Assembly (NCBI GenBank): GCA_010093995.1 | Contig: ML992508.1 | Span: 778,506-842,505 of the forward strand | Direction: 5' to 3' | Length of the DNA: 64,000 nt | From: Elsinoe ampelina | Taxonomy: Eukaryota | Shown here: piece after piece, positions 58,100-64,000 of the stretch | Position numbering within the stretch: position 1 is the first letter of the stretch | Layout: each line of letters opens with the position of its first letter | Made by a program: the position numbers and the translations under genes | Notes under the pieces: generated by a model | Told to the model about the DNA's origin: nothing | Database searches by the model: none | Seen by the model: only the letters and a program-made list of their open reading frames with translations

Positions 58100-61000
58100 T
58101 TTGTTTAGTGTTAGGAGTGCTAGGTCTATCTAGTTAGTTCGCTTAATAAGGGGTTCTTAATCTAGTAGTCTAGAATTACTTACGAGGTAAGGTGTTCTTT
58201 TAGTTCCTATGTTGCCTTACTATACTAATGTCCTTTCTAGTAGATAAGATAGTAACGTTTTCCCCTTATAGATTTATAACATAAAATTCTTTTAATCTTG
58301 TACTATAGCTTCTATGTTTCTTTATCTAGTTCGATAGGTCCGGGTATAGCGTTCTATAGTGCTTTCTCTAGTAGTAATATATAAAAGACTAGATAGATCC
58401 TTATATGTCTTAGTAGTTCTAGTTTATATACGTTCTTATTTTTCTTTTCTAGGATCTTAAAGAGTCCTAGTTTAGTATAGTTAAGTTTCTTACTTAGTTA
58501 TTTTGTTTTAATATTTCTACTAAGGAGGTAAACTTTCTCTCTCTCCTATAGAATTAGTTCTGCAATTCTCTTCTAGTTAGCAAAATCTACTATTCTTTGT
58601 AATATAAATACTATATCGTAATATAGCTAGTTATATAGTTTCTTAATATTAGCTACTAGTATATTAGCGTCCTTAGATATTAGCTTAATTCTAAGTATGT
58701 TATAGTATAGATCTAGGTGTATTCTATAGTTTATATAGAATAGTAAAATTCTATTTGCTAACTTTCTATTATTAATAGCGAGCTCTATAAGTAGTAATAG
58801 TATCGCCTATAAGTCTTGCTTATAATTTAGGTAGCATCGTAGGTACTACTCTAGTACTTAATTTGCCCGTTTAGTTTGTCCGTCCGTTTATAGATAAAAG
58901 AAGGTTAATAGCTTATGTTTAACTCCTAGTAGGTCTATAAATAATTACTAGAATTATAACGTAAATAGCTTATCTCTGTTAGTTATTAGGTCTCGTAGTA
59001 CTCTATGTTATAAAATAATTATTTAGAGGAAGGTAAAGGCTATATCCTCGGTAGTTACTATTGTCTTATATAGTATAAAGTAGTAATACTTCGTAAACTT
59101 ATCTACTAGGACTAGGATACTATTATACTTTATACCTATAAGAGGTTCTTCTAATAGTAGTAAAGGTCCTATAAAGTCTATCGTAACTAATTACTATAGT
59201 TTATCTAGTGGTAGTAAGGGTTATAATAGACTATATAGCTTATATCGTAAGTGCTTAGACTTATAGTATATATCGTATATAGCGATATATATCTTAATAT
59301 CGTTTCGGAGTTCTTTCTATAGGTAGTTTTATATAATAAGTTTAATAGTCTTATTAATCCCGCTATGTCCCGCCGTTAGGTTATTATAGTATATTTAAAT
59401 AACTTCTTTCTTCTGTTCTTACGTAAGCTCCTAGGTAAGGCTATATAACTACTCTATCTTCGGGTGCTTATAGACTAGAGCGCTGTCTTACTACTTTAGT
59501 ATAGAGGCCTCTATTATTGTTATATTCTTTAAGTAATCTAGTCGTCGGCTAAGAGCGTCTACTCTACTATTCTCTAATTCCTTAATATAGTAGATCTAAA
59601 AGTTATAGCTTATAAGTGTTTCTAACTATCGTACTTGTCGTCTATTAAGAACCTTAGTTATTGTCTAATATAATAGGTTCTTATAGTCGGTGTAGACTTG
59701 TATAGGTAAGGTTGTTCCTTCTAGGTATACTCTCTATTCGCGGAATGCCTCTATAATTGTAAGTAACTCCTTATTATATATGTCGTAGTTAAGTTTAGGT
59801 CCGGTTATTTTTCGTAAGTAGTATACGATTAGGTAGCGTTATTCTTCTACGTCCTTCTATACTAGACACGCTTCTATTATAAAGTCTAAGGCATCCGTTT
59901 CTAGTAGTGCTTATTAGTCTAGGTCGAAGAGTACTAGAATAAGTACTATTATAAGTCTAAGCTTTAGCTCCTTAAAGGCCTACCTATATTTCTTATCGAA
60001 GACAAATCTAGTTTCTTTCTTTATAAGGTTAGATATTAGCGTAGCTACCTTAGAGAATCCTTTAACAAACTTATAGTAGTAGTTAAAGAACCCTAGTAGC
60101 GCTTAAACCTCCTTAACTATTATAGGTTCCGGCTAGTTATTTACTAACTCGATCTTCTTTAGATTAGGTCCGATGCTATTAGTAGATATAACATAGCCTA
60201 GAAATTATATCTTATACTTATAGAACTTATACTTAGAGAGTTTTACTAGTAGGTCTTTCTCTTTTAGTTTCTATAGTACTTTATAAATATGTCCTACATG
60301 TTTATTGTACGTCTTTAAGAAGATAATAATATTATCTAAATATGCTAAGACAAAGTTATTAAGGTGTTCTTGTAGAGTATTATTAATTAACTCTTAGAAG
60401 GTTATAGGAGCGTTAGTTAGCCTAAAGAGTATAACGAGGTACTTATATAGGCTCTATTATATTCTAAAAGCTATCTTCTACTCCTTACTCTTCTTTATTT
60501 ATACTTAATAATAGGCATCTCTAATGTTAATTACGGTAAACTATTTAGCTCTAAGTAGTTAGTCTTAAAGTTCGTTAATCCTTAGTAGGGGATAGTAATT
60601 CTTCCTAGTAAGTGTATTAAGTTTCTAGTAATTAATATATATTTATAACGTTCTATTCTTTTTAGGTGTAAAAAGCACTCCGTATGTAATAGGTAATTTT
60701 AATAGTTGTATAAATCCTTTAAGTAAGTGCTTATTAATATAGTTCTTAAGGATATTCTCCTCTTGTTTCGATAGTAGTATAAGACCTTAATAGTGTATCG
60801 GGGATTTACTCTCTTTAAAGAGTATTTTGTAATTCTATAGTTTATATTAGAGTAAGGCTATAATGCCTTTCCTTTCTTTAAATAAGTCCTCGAAGTCTTT
60901 ATATTCCGGCGGAAGTGCTTAGTCACTTACGCTAGTAATAGCCCTAACTATTAGTCGTACCTATACTATCCTTATAGTTAGTATCTATAGAGCTAATTAT

Positions 61001-63434
61001 ACTCTCTACGTTCTATAATTACACTTAGGAAATTCGAGTGTTTCTTTAATCTAGTCTACGTCTAGATTATGTTATTAAAGCTAGTCTATACTAAGTACTA
61101 TATTGTACTATATATCTACTATATCGATTAATTATTTTTCTATATGTGTTTCAATTTTAATTATAACATTTTATAGTTCCTAAGTAACTTTCCCGTTCTT
61201 CCCTATAGGGGTTCTATCCGCTATAGTAAGTAGGTAAGGTAACTCCTTCTAGTGTTAATAAGGTTTAAGCTAATTAGTAACTATTATAGAGACGTAGCTA
61301 TAGTTAGCTCCCGAATCTATTATTACTCTTACTTTACTCTCTTATATCTCGACTTCTAGTATAAAGTAGTTTAACGTATAGATCTTTATTATACTAAGAC
61401 TTTAGCTAGTGTTATTGTCTTGCCTTATTAGGCAACAACTAGCTAGTTTTTTGTTATTATAGCTCCTTAGATAAGTAGCTAATCCCTTCCTATACGTATC
61501 TACTATTAGTACTATATCTATTAGGTAAGTTGTATCTTGTCGCTACTTAATATAGTAAGGTAAACTTCTAGCGCCTAAGTCCCTTAGTAACTATAAAGTC
61601 CAATAATTCCCTACTAGTTACACTAAGTAGTATTATACACCCATATAAGTATAACTATTCCTTCCAGGTATAGCTAGGCGTTAGTATTAAAGACAAAAAC
61701 AAGTTATATAGATTTATCTTGTTGTGTCCTATTCTAGTAGTAGGTGTATATTATTATATAATTCCTCTATATCCCTATAAGGTATGCTTTAAGTCGTCTA
61801 CCTAGTAGTAGTACGTCGTTGTTGTTATTGTTGTTATTAGATAAGTCCTTATCTATATTATTACATTATAGTTACTCGGTGTATTCTTCGTTGTATTTCT
61901 CTTCTTCGCTACTGCCCCTAGTATAGTTATAGTTAGTAAGGCTATACTAAGTATATTCTCTTACTTAGCTATAGGGGATAGTACTACCTATTTTAATTAC
62001 TAAGAAGTCTATAGTGTATTTAAGACTAATAGCGTCTTCTCTAAGTACGTCGTGTAAGTAGATAGTATAGTACTATTCGTAATCTAGATTTATACATTTC
62101 TAGAGCGATATATAATATACCTTTCCTTATAGTATACTATAAGAGCTAAAGGTAAGACTACTATATTATTGTATAGCACTTGCGTCCTAATACTTCGTCT
62201 TAATAATCGTATATTAGTAATTATTACTAACTATCTTCTAAGGTTAGTTACTATTACTACTAATTATAGAGAGCTCTTCTAGGTTAGGTTCCTAGTCTAG
62301 CTATTTCGTTAGTTGCCTACGCTTAGATAGCTTATATAGGAACTAACTAGATCCCTACTTATCTAATAAGTAAATATAATAAGAGTTATTATAATATACT
62401 ATCTATAATAGTGTTACGTGTTAGCTTTATTATTTACTATTAGTTATAGAGATGTTAAGTATAATATCTAGAGAGGATTCTACTACCTCTCGAGTTATTA
62501 TAGACTTCTTCTATGTTTTCTTGCCTATACTAAAGGTCGTTAGGTCTTCTATAGTAGTGTCGGCCTTTTTTTCTACTAGCCCGGCAACTATTATATATAA
62601 TTCATCGGCTAGCGCCCCTTACTAGTAGTCCCTAGCCTAATACCTAGGTCTTTTATACTTAAAACATAGGTTGTCTCGTCTATACTTCTCTCTCTCTTTT
62701 CTACTAAGGAACTTTCCTCTATAGCCGCGGCCTTATATCTATAAGGGGTAGCCTTCGCATATAGTATTAAGTTCTATAGAGTCTCTATAGTTTCGAGAGG
62801 AACGTGTATATCTAGTGTTTACCTTATATCCTCCGCGACGTTCTATATGTCGTTTATAAAGTTAGTTATTAATAGCAATTATAGTATCTACTAGTTCTTA
62901 GAGGCTATTAGGCGGCTCGGGTATTATTTAGTCTTTAACCGAGTTACTTAGTCCTTAGTAGAATACTAAATGTTTAGCACTATTATTCTAGTCTAGGTAT
63001 ATTACGAGTTATTAAAACTAGAAATAGTACTAGGCTATAGACCTACGTTGTTATAGTTGTTAAATCTTTGTCGTAGTAACGTGCTCCTTATTAGATACGT
63101 TAAAGACTTATTTAATCTTTGCCTAAAAGATGTTAAAGCTCTTAAAGATAGCCTTTGTATCTAGGCTTAGTTATCTATCTAGGTAGCTACTTATATAAGG
63201 CTCGAACTACCCGAAGGTAGCGCCTTTAAGGTATATCCCGGCATAGAGGACCTTTACTATGTCGTTAGCGTACTTGTCTCTCTCTAGGGCAAAGAAGGCT
63301 TTAAGTTAAACAAGAAAGTGCCTTAAGTAGGCGCGGTCTCTATAGAAGAGTTCTACTTCTAACTTAGGCTTGCTTTGTCTTTCTATACTAAAAGACCTTC
63401 TATGTTCGCCCGAGGTTAAACTAGTAGTAGACAT
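58100..63434 (-). pseudogene. Degenerate gag-pol of the Gypsy element
   Basis: De-RIP readable motifs: gag ATG 63434 ..FYGDRAHLRHFL; CCHC knuckle about 62630-62670; protease IDSGA about 61300; RT LYEYLVMPFGLTNAP and AYLDD about 60320-60450; RNase H ETDASD and NYDIHDKELL; integrase GHSG and QTDGQTER; HPVFHVSLLE; chromodomain YYLIHWKG..ATWEP about 58200-58290. Confidence 0.9.
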
Positions 63435-63550
63435 GTCGTTAATAGTAAGCTTTCCTAGCTTACTAGCGATTAAAGATGCTAATAGTAACTTAGAGCGAGA
63501 GTTACTTATTAACCTTATAGCGTGCTATACTATAGTAAGGGTAGTTAAAA

Positions 63551-64000
63551 TGTCACGAACTGTCTAAATATAGCCTACACTAGTAGTCTAAGCTAAGCTA
63601 AGAATAAGGTAGTTCTACTTCTATAGTAGTATAGCACTAAGGTAAGAGTTAGAGAAGGTATATCTTATAGATAATAAAGTACAATTAGATAGTATTATAA
63701 GGGCTAGCCTTAGCAATACTAGTGTTCGCTATCTAGACGAGGTTAACTATAGTACTTATATAAGGTAAGGACTGCTCCTATATACATATATTCTTCCCTA
63801 TGTACTCTATGTACTCTATACACTCTATAGCGAGAGTTAGGGGCAACATAGAGTATATATCTACTAGTAACCTACGTGCTCTATAGTCCCTAGAGTAGAG
63901 CTACTAGAGAAGATAGAGAACTAGGTAAACGTCGAGCTAGGTTACGTAATAACCTTAGTAGTTTAATTAGTCCTAACGTCCCTACGCTTTAGCTGTCCTA
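63551..64000 (-). repeat. 5' LTR of the Gypsy element (truncated by the window edge)
   Basis: Colinear with 56989-57438; the differences I checked are C/T or G/A transitions. Confidence 0.9.

Larger units (their letters stand above)
56989..64000 (-). mobile_element. RIP-inactivated Ty3/Gypsy chromovirus LTR retrotransposon (about 7.0 kb; 5' LTR cut by about 13 bp at the window end)
   Basis: Direct repeats at 56989 and 63551; relic gag, protease, RT, RNase H, integrase and chromodomain in Gypsy order on the minus strand; strong TpA excess. Confidence 0.95.

Noticed and set aside
58250..58270. AAGGGGAAAA on the minus strand as a polypurine tract
   Set aside because: It is coding sequence of the chromodomain (RGKRYYLIHWKG).
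63530..63550. Primer-binding site or Tf1-type self-priming sequence
   Set aside because: No TGG tRNA-type PBS is recognisable, and RIP damage prevents a reliable complementarity call.
63370..63567. 65-aa plus-strand ORF in the AT-rich region
   Set aside because: Chance frame antisense to the gag relic.
1..64000. tRNA, rRNA, CRISPR arrays, telomeric repeats, secondary-metabolite backbone genes, Starship captain recombinase
   Set aside because: None recognised by eye; small ncRNAs cannot be excluded without tRNAscan-SE or Infernal.

Overview
Fungal (filamentous ascomycete, most likely Dothideomycete-like) genomic DNA with short GT-AG introns and CTRAC branch sites. Positions 1-56,800 are gene-dense and GC-balanced. 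They hold about 27 genes: LHS1, PRP18, ELL, WC-2, RAD50, a UbcH10/Ubc11-type E2, TOA1, APC10, SWC5, RPB2, SAP18, a NIPA Mg transporter, MIS12, a Ysc84/SYLF protein, two GT32 glycosyltransferases flanking a chromate transporter, several enzymes and several hypothetical proteins. From about 56,800 to the end the sequence is AT-rich and is almost entirely one RIP-destroyed Ty3/Gypsy chromovirus with 463-bp LTRs and gag-pol on the minus strand. Most notable observations: (1) the retrotransposon carries a fossil antisense ORF encoding a Zn(II)2Cys6-type cluster plus coiled coil; (2) the RAD50 start codon is split by an intron and completed by a 2-nt micro-exon; (3) a TA-flanked Tc1/mariner-like MITE sits in the WC-2/RAD50 divergent promoter; (4) a GT32-CHR-GT32 trio; (5) an apparent pseudogene with RIP-type lesions; (6) a recurrent 5' C-rich to 3' G-rich skew switch inside many genes. 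All calls are by eye from motifs; no database searches were run.
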